Assembly: GCA_963810935.1 (NCBI GenBank)
Contig: CAWEPK010000003.1
Location: 64,001 to 128,000 of the forward strand
Direction: 5' to 3'
DNA: 64,000 nt
Source: an uncultured delta proteobacterium
GTDB lineage: Bacteria; Desulfobacterota; Syntrophorhabdia; Syntrophorhabdales; WCHB1-27
Under the pieces are notes generated by a model. That model worked only from the letters and a program-made list of their open reading frames with translations. It ran no database searches and was not told where the DNA came from. This document shows positions 31,352 through 41,653 of this stretch, piece after piece. The number at the start of each line of letters is the position of its first letter. Position 1 is the stretch's first letter. Both the position numbers and the translations under genes were made by a program.

Positions 31352-33300
31352 TCGCGCAGGTAGCGCTGCCTCTGCCCATCGACAAACTCTTCTCTTACGC
31401 AGTCCCGCAGTTGCTTGCGCCTTTCGCGCGCCCGCTTATGCGCGTAAAAGTCCCTTTCCACAACCGCTCGGCAGTCGGCTACATCATCGATCTTGAGGAT
31501 GGCGACGCGGGCGGCCTCAAAAGCATCCAGACCCTCGTCGATTGCGTGCCGCTGATCGACGGGGCCTGCTTCGAGCTGTGCAAATGGGCGTCCCTCTATT
31601 ACGCCGTCCCTATCGGCCTTGTCCTCAAGTACGCCCTCTCGTCGACCATAAGTATCGAGAAATACTGTGTTTTACGTGCAACAGACCCGGCCCTCGCCCA
31701 CCTCGACGGGCTAACCCTGAAGAAGGCGTGCACCCAGACGAGCAGGCTGCGCATCCTCGAATACCTTGCCGGCTCGCAGGTGGAGTTGGCAGACCCGTTT
31801 ACCGGAGGGAAGGTCGCCGGCCGGACCTCGCCGGGGCTGCAAGCAACAGGGGCAGCGAGGCCCACGCTTTTCACCGGCTGCGTCGAGGAGCGGCTCAACC
31901 TTTACACCTCTCTTATCGCCGAGGAGCTGGGCCGGGGCAGGAGCGTCCTCATGCTTTTGCCCGATTACCGGGCGGCCGGCGCCTATTTCTACCGCTCCCT
32001 CGTTAAGAGCTTCCCCGGCGCCGTTTTCTGGTACGGCAGTTCTGCGGCAGGCAAGCGTAAGGCAGAGAGCTACTTCAGGGCGAGGGCGGAAAGGGCGCGC
32101 CTTATACTGGGGAACAAAAGCTGTGTCTTTTTACCTGTTGCTGCAAACGGCCTCATTATAGTGGAGAGGCCGGAAGAGGACGAGTACCGCAACGAGGAGG
32201 CGTTCAGGTTCAACGCGGTACGCCTCGCGCTGAAAAGGGCGCAGATCGAGGGCGTCCGCTGTGTAATCGGGAGCGCGGCCCCGCCTGTGGAGATTGCCAG
32301 GTGGGCATCGGACGGCACCTTCGAGGCAAGGGAAGGAAAACCGTTTGATGCGCCCGGCATCGCCTGCTCGATCGGCGGCGACAGGGACGGGGAAGCGCCC
32401 CTGCCCGGCGAAATCGTCCGGTCAATCGAGGAGACACTCGCACAAGGCGGAAAGGTAGCAGTCCACGTCCCTCGGCGGTCTTATGCGTCGGGCCTCTCCT
32501 GCGCTGCCTGCGGGATGCAGATTGCCTGCCCTGGCTGCGGCGCGGCGGCGCTGTCCTATCAAAGACAGACGGAAAGCCTGCTTTGCGGCGCATGCAAGGG
32601 CAGTTTCCCCTATGAGGAGCGCTGCCCGTACTGCGGGTCCGACCTTATCAAGTTCTTCGAGATAGGCGCCGAGTACCTGGAGGCCCGCATCAGGGAAGCC
32701 TTTCCGGCGGCGACTGTCGCGCGGGTAACGGGCGAGGCGGATAAGCCTGCAGGCGGGCGGCAGCGACCGGGCGACGCCGGCATTATCGTAGGGACGAATA
32801 TCCTATCCAAGCTCTACGGTCTCGATACTGCCCTTCTTATCCTTTACGGATGGGAAGATTTCCTGAAGATCGGCGGGTACAGGGCGATGGAGCGGATGTT
32901 CCAGCTCCTTTCGAACCTCCGGGATGCCCTGCGCCCGGCCAGGCTCCTTTTCCATATGCGGAAAGACGCCTTCGACCCTGCCTTTTTTCTCGATAGCCAC
33001 AGGTTTTATAAAGACGAGCTCGAGAAAAGGCGCGCCGCCGAGTTCCCACCATTCATCCGATTTTTCGCAGTAAATATATTGAAGCGCAACAAAGAGGCGG
33101 GAGAGCGCGTCATCCGGGCAGTCGAGAGGCTCGCGCAGGAAGCAGGCCTTGCCGACCAGATGCTCGGGCCCATCCAGGTGAAAGGCGAATACGGATGGAA
33201 GGTCATATTCAAAGGCGACGGCGAGGCCCTTTCTCCGCTCCTTTCCTCCCTCTACCGCCTCCCCGGCGTCCACATCGAAGCCGACCCGTTGTCGGTATAG
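31348..33300 (+). CDS. priA: PriA-like primosomal protein with degenerate helicase motifs
   Basis: N-terminal 3'-DNA-binding domain (FSYAVP, RVKVPF), four CxxC, FPPF; Walker A and DExH not recognisable. Confidence 0.8.
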   Translation: MIAQVALPLPIDKLFSYAVPQLLAPFARPLMRVKVPFHNRSAVGYIIDLEDGDAGGLKSIQTLVDCVPLIDGACFELCKWASLYYAVPIGLVLKYALSSTISIEKYCVLRATDPALAHLDGLTLKKACTQTSRLRILEYLAGSQVELADPFTGGKVAGRTSPGLQATGAARPTLFTGCVEERLNLYTSLIAEELGRGRSVLMLLPDYRAAGAYFYRSLVKSFPGAVFWYGSSAAGKRKAESYFRARAERARLILGNKSCVFLPVAANGLIIVERPEEDEYRNEEAFRFNAVRLALKRAQIEGVRCVIGSAAPPVEIARWASDGTFEAREGKPFDAPGIACSIGGDRDGEAPLPGEIVRSIEETLAQGGKVAVHVPRRSYASGLSCAACGMQIACPGCGAAALSYQRQTESLLCGACKGSFPYEERCPYCGSDLIKFFEIGAEYLEARIREAFPAATVARVTGEADKPAGGRQRPGDAGIIVGTNILSKLYGLDTALLILYGWEDFLKIGGYRAMERMFQLLSNLRDALRPARLLFHMRKDAFDPAFFLDSHRFYKDELEKRRAAEFPPFIRFFAVNILKRNKEAGERVIRAVERLAQEAGLADQMLGPIQVKGEYGWKVIFKGDGEALSPLLSSLYRLPGVHIEADPLSV

Positions 33301-33356
33301 CACGCCCCACCTTGAACAGAACGCTGATTGACATTAGGTTACACAAAGGCTAAGGC

Positions 33357-33881
33357 GTGAACAAACCGCTTCTCAAACGCATTTTCAACCGCCTGCTCCA
33401 CCTTTGTGCCCGCTTTCTGCCGGGCTGCACCACCCTGCGCCCTTTCCTGCACAGGGTTCGGGGCGTGCGGATTCACGGCAAAATCTTTATCGGCGAAGAA
33501 GTCTATATCGAGAACGAATATCCTGAGTGCATCGAGATCGGCGACGGCGTGCAGATCACCCTGCGGGCTACGATAATAGCCCACTTCCGGGGCTCCGGAA
33601 GGGTGGTGATCGGTCCGAACGTCTGGGTCGGCCCGCACAGCTTCATCGCTGCGTCGGCGCCCGGCCAGGTGCTGACGATAGGGGAGGGCGCAGTCCTCGC
33701 CGCAGGGTCGGTAGTGACGAAGGACGTCCCGGCCCGCACGTTCGTTGGCGGCGTCCCGGCCCGGCCCATCGCTATGGTGGGTGTACCCATGAGGCTTACG
33801 ACCAGTTATGAGGATTTTGAAAAGGGGCTCCTGCCGATTCCGCAGGAAGCGCGTATTGAAGGCGCCCCGGCCCCCGGCTGA
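33357..33881 (+). CDS. Hexapeptide-repeat acyltransferase
   Basis: Repeated IGxx units; GSVVTKDVP, GGVPARPI. Confidence 0.85.
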   Translation: MNKPLLKRIFNRLLHLCARFLPGCTTLRPFLHRVRGVRIHGKIFIGEEVYIENEYPECIEIGDGVQITLRATIIAHFRGSGRVVIGPNVWVGPHSFIAASAPGQVLTIGEGAVLAAGSVVTKDVPARTFVGGVPARPIAMVGVPMRLTTSYEDFEKGLLPIPQEARIEGAPAPG

Positions 33882-33891
33882 TTGAGGCAGC

Positions 33892-35676
33892 GTGTCCGCG
33901 ATGGCAGCAACCGCCCGCGAGCTACTGATAATAAGGCTCGATCCACCCTCGGAGAATGATGCGGCCGTCAGTGCGATGGCCGACTTCCTCGGAATCGATG
34001 TCCGCTTCGCCGACCTTGCAGCGCTTCTTTCGGGTGGCCTATTCGCAAACGACGACAACGCCCCCCAGCCTGCCGCAATCGGCGCGCAGGCACTGGCAGC
34101 CGTGATATTGCACGGGCTTGACCAGCCGTTCCGGGCGTTTATGAAGAAACGCGTCTCGTCTCTGCTTGTCTACGGCGTCGAGCCTACCTTCTCCATTTCG
34201 AAGGGCCTGGCAATGATCACGGACGGGCTGGTGAGGCAGGCTATGCCAACCGGCGCCGGCCGCTACGCCTGCCATGTGTCGCCGGACTCGCCTGAGATTT
34301 GCGGGCAGCTTGCGGGCATATCGGCAGGCCAAATAGGCGGCGCGGAGGTCCATCTCCTCGATACGGTCAGCGGACCGGGCGTAACAAAGCTCATCACGCT
34401 GTCAGGCCGGCCCTTTTTCGTCTCTGCCGCGACGCAGGCCTGCCCGGTCTTCATCATTGCCGCGACTCGCGTGGCTGACGTCCGGACATTTGTAAGCACC
34501 CGTCCGGAAGCGGCATCCGGCTGCGCGCATCTCTTCCCTGCGGCCATGTACCTGAAATGGGCCTTCGGAAAAGCGGCCTGGCGCCAGGAGAAAAGCCGCG
34601 CCTGCCTTATCGTCGACGATCCGCTGCTGAAAGAGGGTTACGGCTTCCTGAACTTCCAAAACCTCGCAGACATGATGGACACCTGCGATTTTACCACGTC
34701 CATCGGCTTTATCCCGTGGAATTTCAGGCGGACCGGCCGCAAGACCGCCGACCTCTTCAGACAAAGGAAGGACCGCCTGTCGCTATGCGTGCACGGATGC
34801 GACCACACGCAGGGCGAGTTCGGCCTGTCAGACGCCGCGCGGCTCGGCTACATGGCGCGGACCGCGACGGAGAGAATGGAGCGCCACGCGAACGCGACGC
34901 AACTGCCCTTCGACAACGTTATGGTCTTTCCACAGGGCATCTTCTCGGTCCCCGCCATGCAGGCCCTGAAGGCGAACGGTTATATCGCAGCGATCAACTT
35001 CGATGTCTTTCCGGTCGATTCCGGGGATCAGATCGAGATGAAGGCTCTCCTGGAGCCGGCGGTGACCGACTTCGGCGGGTTTCCGCTCTTCCTGAGGCGG
35101 CGCCCGGAGGAGATCGCAGAGATCGCCTCGGACCTCTTCTGGGGCTGCCCCGCCTTTATAATGGCCCACCACGATTTCTTCAGGGACCGCCGGCGCGCGA
35201 TCGAAGCGGTAAAAAGGATCAACGCCATCGAGGGCGGGGTCGAATGGCGCAGCGCAGGAGAGATCGTCAGGCGGTCGCACCTTTTGAAGGAGGGACCGGA
35301 GGGTATGATGCAGGTTAAGGGATATGTCGCTGAAATGGTTATAGAGAACCCGGAGGCCTTCGAGAGGACCTGCGTTGTGACTAAAGCCGAGTCGTCGGCG
35401 TCACTGGCCGTCAGCCTCCAAAGCGGAAAGCCGATAGCGCGGCAGCATGCGGCGTCCGGCTTGCGCCTTTCCTTCACCATCGGGCCGCGGGCGCGCGAAT
35501 GCGTCGTAATAACGTACCCGCGCGACGCCTCCCGGCCGGCAGAGACCGCGGGGCTCGCCGCCGCGATAGGCGCGGGCGCCCGGCGCTACCTTTCGGAGAT
35601 ACGGGACAATTACATCAGCAGGAACGACACGCTGCTCTCTATCGCCGGGAAAATAAAAAACCGCCTGTTAACGTAA
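33892..35676 (+). CDS. Hypothetical protein with a polysaccharide deacetylase-like (CE4) domain
   Basis: CLIVDDP, CVHGCDH, VFPQG, AHH motifs. Confidence 0.55.
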   Translation: MSAMAATARELLIIRLDPPSENDAAVSAMADFLGIDVRFADLAALLSGGLFANDDNAPQPAAIGAQALAAVILHGLDQPFRAFMKKRVSSLLVYGVEPTFSISKGLAMITDGLVRQAMPTGAGRYACHVSPDSPEICGQLAGISAGQIGGAEVHLLDTVSGPGVTKLITLSGRPFFVSAATQACPVFIIAATRVADVRTFVSTRPEAASGCAHLFPAAMYLKWAFGKAAWRQEKSRACLIVDDPLLKEGYGFLNFQNLADMMDTCDFTTSIGFIPWNFRRTGRKTADLFRQRKDRLSLCVHGCDHTQGEFGLSDAARLGYMARTATERMERHANATQLPFDNVMVFPQGIFSVPAMQALKANGYIAAINFDVFPVDSGDQIEMKALLEPAVTDFGGFPLFLRRRPEEIAEIASDLFWGCPAFIMAHHDFFRDRRRAIEAVKRINAIEGGVEWRSAGEIVRRSHLLKEGPEGMMQVKGYVAEMVIENPEAFERTCVVTKAESSASLAVSLQSGKPIARQHAASGLRLSFTIGPRARECVVITYPRDASRPAETAGLAAAIGAGARRYLSEIRDNYISRNDTLLSIAGKIKNRLLT

Positions 35677-35725
35677 ATCGGAAGACCGGATACAAATAAC
35701 GGGGGATCAGCGGATGCGAAAGGCC

Positions 35726-37159
35726 TTACTTCCGCCTCTTTGCCCTGAAATCGTACAGGCCGAGCTCGCGCAGCCTGGCGATGCCTACGAAGAACGTGTC
35801 CCTGTTTATGCCGAGCCGCTCCATGATGGTCCTCGGCTCAGGCACTTCCGCGTCCTTCCCCGCGACGCTTTCGAGCTTCATCAGGTGAAGGTAGAGGCGG
35901 TATTCGGCCGCAGTGAGCTTTGCGTCGATGAGGTAGTCGGTGATGACGTGCATCTCGCCGGACGCCTTTTCGATGCCGTTGTGCTTTATCTCTTCCGGGA
36001 CGTGCTCCACGCCGATAACGGAGTCTTCGCACATGATGTAGGCGCGCTCGAGCACGGATTCCAGTTGCCTGATATTGCCCGGCCACGAGTACGCCATCAT
36101 GGCCTGGAGGGCGTCGGTGGAAACGCTCTTCCTGCCGTTGTGCGATTCGTTCATTTTCTTCAGGAAGTGCTCGACGAGAATGGGGATGTCGGTCTTCTTG
36201 TCCCGCAGGGGCGGGATGGTGAAGGCTATGACGTTCAGCCTGTAATAAAGGTCTTCGCGGAAATTGCCCCTCGCGATCTCGTTTTCAAGCTTCTTGTTGG
36301 TGGCTGAGATGATGCGCACGTCGAGCGTCAATGTCTCCTTGCCGCCTACGCGCCTTATCTCTTTCTCCTGGATCGCCCTCAATATCTTCGCCTGCATGGC
36401 CAGGGTGAGGTCCCCTATCTCGTCTAAGAAAAGGGTGCTTCCGTTCGCCTGCTCGAAAAGACCCAAATGCCTGGTGAGTGCGCCTGTAAATGCGCCTTTC
36501 TCGTAGCCGAACAGCTCGCTTTCGAGGAGCGTCTCGGGAATAGAGGCGCAGTTTATGGCAAAGAACGGGCGGTTCTTCCTCGGGCTGTTGTAGTGGATGC
36601 TCTTGGCGAAGAGCTCTTTGCCCGTGCCGCTCTCCCCGTAGATAAGGACCGTGGAATCGGTCGGCGCCACCTTCCTCACTATGCCGAAAAGGGCCTTCAT
36701 GCTCCCGTGGTCGCCGATGATGTTGTCCAGGTGGAACTTGTCGAAAAGCTGGTCCTTCAGCATCAGGTTGTCTTTCAGGAGCTTCACCTGGTTGGCCGCG
36801 TTGTTCATGACCAGCAGGAGATGGTCTTTTTCGAGGGGTTTTTCAAGGTAGTGGAACGCGCCCAGCTTGGTCGCCTCTATTGCCGAAGGTATCGAGCCGT
36901 AAGCGGTCATGACTACGACATGGCACGGGATATTGTGGGACTTCACCTCTTTGAGGATCTCCGTGCCTTCGATATCGGGAAGGCGCAGATCGGTCAGGAC
37001 GCAGTCGAACGATATGTTCTTAACCAGCTCCAGGGCCTTCTTTCCCGTCCCGGCGTCCTCGACGTAAAAGCCGTCCTTCGCGAGTATCGTCTTTACGATA
37101 TCCCTCTGGAGCGCGTCGTCCTCGACGACAAGTATCGTGCCCTTAAGATGCTGTTGCAT
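35726..37159 (-). CDS. Sigma54-dependent response regulator with an atypical C-terminal winged-HTH
   Basis: Receiver domain; GESGTGKE, GAFTGA, FLDEIG, WPGNIRQL. Confidence 0.92.
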   Translation of the reverse strand: MQQHLKGTILVVEDDALQRDIVKTILAKDGFYVEDAGTGKKALELVKNISFDCVLTDLRLPDIEGTEILKEVKSHNIPCHVVVMTAYGSIPSAIEATKLGAFHYLEKPLEKDHLLLVMNNAANQVKLLKDNLMLKDQLFDKFHLDNIIGDHGSMKALFGIVRKVAPTDSTVLIYGESGTGKELFAKSIHYNSPRKNRPFFAINCASIPETLLESELFGYEKGAFTGALTRHLGLFEQANGSTLFLDEIGDLTLAMQAKILRAIQEKEIRRVGGKETLTLDVRIISATNKKLENEIARGNFREDLYYRLNVIAFTIPPLRDKKTDIPILVEHFLKKMNESHNGRKSVSTDALQAMMAYSWPGNIRQLESVLERAYIMCEDSVIGVEHVPEEIKHNGIEKASGEMHVITDYLIDAKLTAAEYRLYLHLMKLESVAGKDAEVPEPRTIMERLGINRDTFFVGIARLRELGLYDFRAKRRK

Positions 37160-38634
37160 CGGCCGGCACCCTTATAGTTACCACTGTGATCTCTCCTGCT
37201 CTGCTGTGTGCTGAAATCGTGCCTCCGTGCTCTTCGACCAGCCGCTTGGTGATCGTCAGCCCGAGGCCTATCCCCAGTTTTTTAGTCGAATAGTACGGCT
37301 CGAAAATCCTGTCGATCTCCCCCTCCATGCCTTTGCCGTTATCTGCGACCGATATGCACGCCATTCCGTCCTCGACCGTGCACTCTACAACGATCCTGCC
37401 CTTGTCCTCGATTGCCTGGGCGGAGTTGATTATGAGGTTCATGACGCACATCCGCATGTACTCCCTGTCGCAGTAAATGCGCATCGCCTTGTCTGCGCAT
37501 TGCGTGGCCACCTCTATGCCGTCCCTTATCTTGTCGTGGACCATGTAAAGGGCGTCGTCGAGGAGCATTTCGGCCGTCACCCAGCCCTTGTTAAGGGTGA
37601 TCGGCTTTCCCATGAAGAGGAAATTGTTTATCAGCTCGTTAACGCGGTAAAGCTCTTTCTTGAGGTTGTCGAGGAGGGCGGCGACGTCCTCGTGCGCAGC
37701 CGCGCCGTCTTCCGCGAGCCGCTCTTTTATGTGGCCTATCGAGAGGGAGAGGAAGTTGAGCGGGTTGCGCACCTCGTGGGCAATGCCGGAGGCGAGCTGC
37801 CCGATCATAGAGAGCTGCTCCGTCTTTTTCAGCTTCTCCTCCAGCTCCTTCCTCTCGGCTATCTTTTCCACCATCTCGTTGAAGCTCCGCACCAGCACGC
37901 CTATCTCGTCTTTGCGGTCCTTATCCTGGATTTTGACGAGCTTACCTTCAGCCACCTTCTTGGCCGCCCTGGCGATCTTCTTGATGGGGTCGGTGTACTG
38001 GTCCGCAAGGATCAGCGATACGATGATGCCTATGCCGAAGGCGAAAAGCGTGCTTAGTACCCTCTTGAGGTGGTTCTTTCTCTGGAGGTACTTGTAGTCG
38101 TCGAGGATCATGCTGATGTGGATGTAGCCTAAGTTCTGCCCCTTTATCGAAACGGGCATGATGACGTTGTAAAGGCGCTGGCCTTCTTTTCCGCTTTCCT
38201 CGCCGAGCCTTGCCGTAATAATGAGGTCCTTCTTGCCCGTCTTCTCCGCCGCCGTTATCTTCGGGTTCTCCCTGGTCCCGACCTTGCCGGGGTTGGAGGC
38301 TCGCTATTACCTGCGAGTCGTCACTTACTATCGATATCTCCTTTATGCCTTTCCTGTTGAGGAGGTTGACGTAGCTCTTGAGCCTCTGGCCGCTGTCTCC
38401 CCGGTAAGTCATCTCCTCGACGCTTATCTGTATCGCCTTGGTGATATCGTCTATATCGTGCGTCACCTTGTCGATGATCATCTCCTCGCTGCGCATCGAG
38501 ATGATAGTGAGGGAGCTTACGGAGATGGCGAGGACGACAAGCAGGATCAGAAGAAGTTGCGTCCGCAGGGAAAGACGCCGGAAGACGCTCTTGGTGCGCT
38601 CCAGGTTCGTGAAGGCGTTGAAAACCTTTTTCAC
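37143..38634 (-). CDS. Membrane HAMP sensor histidine kinase (one extra base at 38298/38299, probably a sequencing error)
   Basis: Two TM segments, DEIGVLVRSFNEM, AHEVRNPL; the two ORFs join (VIAS-SNPGKVG) when one C is removed from GAGCcTCC. Confidence 0.88.
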
Positions 38635-38689
38635 GGCCGCTCCGCTTCTTTCAAGTATAGTATGTTTCGCCATTGACGGGTTGAGACTT

Positions 38690-39157
38690 TTATTCGAGCA
38701 GGCAGACGGCGTAGCACTCGATCCCTTCTTTCCGGCCGGTAAACCCCATGCCCTCCGTCGTCTTGCCCTTTATGCTCACTTGGGTTGGGTCGATGGACAT
38801 GATGCGCGCGATGCCGGCCCTCATGGCCTCCCTATAGGGCTGGATCTTCGGCGTCTCGCAGACGACGACCGCGTCGACGTTGACGACGCGGAAGCCTTTT
38901 TGCCTCGCGATCTCGACCGAGCGCGCGAGGATGACCGAGCTTGCAATCCCTTCTATCGACTTGTCCGTATTCGGGAATAGGACGCCTATGTCGTCTGCGC
39001 CTGCCGCGCCGAGCACTGCGTCACTCAGCGCGTGGAGCAGGACGTCTCCGTCGGAATGACCGAGAAGCCCCCTGTCATGCTCGATGCGGAGCCCGCCGAG
39101 AAACAGGCTTCTGCCTTCCGCGAAGGCGTGCGCGTCGTAACCTATGCCGATCTTCAT
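38690..39157 (-). CDS. ispF: 2-C-methyl-D-erythritol 2,4-cyclodiphosphate synthase
   Basis: IGIGYDAH, HSDGDVLLHA, DIG, KGKTTE. Confidence 0.96.
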   Translation of the reverse strand: MKIGIGYDAHAFAEGRSLFLGGLRIEHDRGLLGHSDGDVLLHALSDAVLGAAGADDIGVLFPNTDKSIEGIASSVILARSVEIARQKGFRVVNVDAVVVCETPKIQPYREAMRAGIARIMSIDPTQVSIKGKTTEGMGFTGRKEGIECYAVCLLE

Positions 39158-39852
39158 GCATGTCCCTTGAGCTGGGCGAGTATGCCCCTGGCGATGACCA
39201 GGTCTTCAGGGGTCGTTATCTTGATGTTGTAAGGCGAGCCCTCGACGACCTTGACCTTCTTGCCCAGGTATTCTATGAAGGACGCGTCGTCGTAGCCGCA
39301 GAGCTTCTTTCCCATTCCTTCCCTGTACGCCTTCGTTATCAGGTCGTACTTGAATGTCTGGGGCGTCTGGATCTGCCAGAGGGAATCCCTTTCGAGGGTC
39401 TTCATGACGAAGCCTTCCTTCGAAATCACCTTGATCGTGTCGCGCGCGGGTATCGCCGGGACGATCGCGTCGAACATCTCCATGAGGAATATCATTTTCT
39501 CTACGAAGGCGGGCGATATGAACGGACGGGCCGCGTCGTGGATTACGACTACGTCGCATGCCTCGTCGATCGACTCGAGCCCGTTCCGCACGGAGTCCTG
39601 CCTCAGGCGTCCCCCGATGACCACCTTCAATATCTTGCTGAAGTGGTAGGTCTCCAGTATCTCTTCCTGCACGAGCGGCAGGTCCTTGTGGCTGACGACC
39701 AGATAGATGCCGTCTACGGGCCTGCATTCCTGGAAGACCTGGAGCGTATGGACGAGAATAGGCTTGCTGTCGAGGAGAAGGAACTGCTTGCTCGTAGGCG
39801 AGCCCATGCGCTTGCCCGCCCCGCCGGCGAGGACTATAGCCAGCGTTCTCAT
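39154..39852 (-). CDS. ispD: 2-C-methyl-D-erythritol 4-phosphate cytidylyltransferase
   Basis: GAGKRMG, RQDSV, HDAARP, QTPQ, KITTPED. Confidence 0.96.
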   Translation of the reverse strand: MRTLAIVLAGGAGKRMGSPTSKQFLLLDSKPILVHTLQVFQECRPVDGIYLVVSHKDLPLVQEEILETYHFSKILKVVIGGRLRQDSVRNGLESIDEACDVVVIHDAARPFISPAFVEKMIFLMEMFDAIVPAIPARDTIKVISKEGFVMKTLERDSLWQIQTPQTFKYDLITKAYREGMGKKLCGYDDASFIEYLGKKVKVVEGSPYNIKITTPEDLVIARGILAQLKGHA

Positions 39853-39854
39853 GC

Positions 39855-40901
39855 CTACCTCACGCGCTCCTGGTATCCGTACTCTTCGGGATAGTCAAGC
39901 TCTTTATCCGCCTGCTCTTTCAGTCTCCCGAAGATCATACGGCCCGAAGTCGTCTGCAGCAGGCTCGTCACTACTATATCGACCGTTTTCCCGATGACCT
40001 TCCTCGAATCGTCCACAACCACCATGGTCCCGTCGTCGAGGTAGCCTATGCCTTGCCCCTGCTCCTTGCCCTCCTTAACGATCCTTATGTTGACCTGTTC
40101 ACCGGGGAGGATCACCGGCTTGAGCGCGGAGGCAAGCTCGTTCATGTTGAGCACCCTGATACCTTGTAACTCCGCAACTTTATTGAGGTTGAAGTCGTTA
40201 GTCACTATTTTCCCCTGAAGGCTTTTCGCCAGGGCTATCAGCTTCGAGTCGACTTCCTTGATTTTGGGGAAATCGATATCGACGATTTTTACTTTGACGT
40301 GCGTCTGTTTTTGCAGCCTGTGTAGTACGTCGAGCCCCCGCCTGCCCCGCGTTTTTCTTACGGGGTCCTGCAGGTCCGCTATGTGTTGAATCTCATAGAG
40401 GACGAACTGGGGAATGACGAATACGCCTTCGATGAACCCCGCCTCGCAGATATCTGCGATCCTGCCGTCTATAATCACGCTGGAGTCCAGGATCTTGTTG
40501 CCTTCGCTGCCCTCTATATTCCCGAAGAGGGGCAGCTTGGACAAATCGATGGTATGGCTTTTCTTCTCCCCGATGCGGAAGCCCAGATACCCCATGATCA
40601 CGTAAAGCAATATGTAGATCGGCAGGGTGATGGGCACGTCTTTGGCGTGAGTCAGAAGGAGCTTCGAGATGAAGAGGTTCGTCACGAAAAGACCCATTAT
40701 GACGCCCACAAGGGTCCCGATGATGATCTTTAGCGGTATCTCCTTCAGTTTCTCTTCGAGCTTGATGATGAGGTAGCCCAGGATGATGCCCGATGCGACC
40801 CCGATCAGGTCGAAAAGCGGGTTCGGAGAGATTTCATTAACAATGAAATAACCGGTAACGGCCGTTACCGCTATAAAGACAAGCTGTACGATAATGGCCA
40901 C
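39855..40901 (-). CDS. Membrane PIN/TRAM domain protein (YacL-like)
   Basis: ILDSSVIIDGRI, RGRRGLD, TNDFNLNK, GYLDDGTMVVV. Confidence 0.93.
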   Translation of the reverse strand: MAIIVQLVFIAVTAVTGYFIVNEISPNPLFDLIGVASGIILGYLIIKLEEKLKEIPLKIIIGTLVGVIMGLFVTNLFISKLLLTHAKDVPITLPIYILLYVIMGYLGFRIGEKKSHTIDLSKLPLFGNIEGSEGNKILDSSVIIDGRIADICEAGFIEGVFVIPQFVLYEIQHIADLQDPVRKTRGRRGLDVLHRLQKQTHVKVKIVDIDFPKIKEVDSKLIALAKSLQGKIVTNDFNLNKVAELQGIRVLNMNELASALKPVILPGEQVNIRIVKEGKEQGQGIGYLDDGTMVVVDDSRKVIGKTVDIVVTSLLQTTSGRMIFGRLKEQADKELDYPEEYGYQERVR

Positions 40902-40908
40902 AACTAAA

Positions 40909-41403
40909 CTAACCTTTTGGCGATTCCGCGAAAATGCTCTCTATGTCGGTAACGATATCTTCTTCGTTCTTGCGGAGGGCTATTGACAGCTCCTTCTTGA
41001 TGAGATTACGTGCGGTCTCGAACATCTTCCTTTCGCCGAACGACAGTTCTTTCCACATTCTCAGGCTGTAAAGCTCCCTCAACACCATAGCGATCTCGAA
41101 GATGGAGCCGCTCTTGATCCGCTCCATATACTCCTTATACCGCCTGTTCCACGGAGACGTATCATGGATGAATGTCCGGTCCTTCAGGATCTCGAACACC
41201 TTCAGCACCTGCTCGGGGTCTATCACGTAACGGAGGCCGGCGTGCTGGGCACTGTCGACAGGTATCATGATCGTCATGTCGGAGTCCAGGATACGCATGA
41301 TGTAGAAAGACTGCCTCGTACCCGAGATTAACTTCTCTTCGATCGATTCTATTCTCCCTACTCCATGGCCAGGATATACTGCAACTTCTCCAACTTTTAG
41401 CAT
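40909..41403 (-). CDS. carD: CarD/CdnL family transcription regulator
   Basis: VYPGHGVG, WNRRY, LSFGERKM; carD-yacL-ispD-ispF order. Confidence 0.92.
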   Translation of the reverse strand: MLKVGEVAVYPGHGVGRIESIEEKLISGTRQSFYIMRILDSDMTIMIPVDSAQHAGLRYVIDPEQVLKVFEILKDRTFIHDTSPWNRRYKEYMERIKSGSIFEIAMVLRELYSLRMWKELSFGERKMFETARNLIKKELSIALRKNEEDIVTDIESIFAESPKG

Positions 41404-41441
41404 TTGACCTCCAATCTCGGGTTTAATCCCGTCTTGCCACT

Positions 41442-41470
41442 ATTATACCAGTTTAGAGAATCAAATTCAA
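41442..41470 (-). promoter_or_regulatory. Sigma70 promoter of carD
   Basis: Minus strand TTGAAT-N17-TATAAT, with TG upstream of the -10. Confidence 0.6.
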
Positions 41471-41653
41471 TAAGGTGTCGTCATCACACTTGTTTTATTC
41501 GGGCGAAAAACAAGCTGAGCGAGGGCGTCCGCCCGGGGCCGGGGGTCTTGCGCCGGTTGACAAATATCAGGGCCATGCTTACGCTTCGAAGAGGCAAAAC
41601 GGGGCAGACGGGCTCGCGGCGGGCCTCATCCTTCTTTAAAAAGGGGCGAAAAT

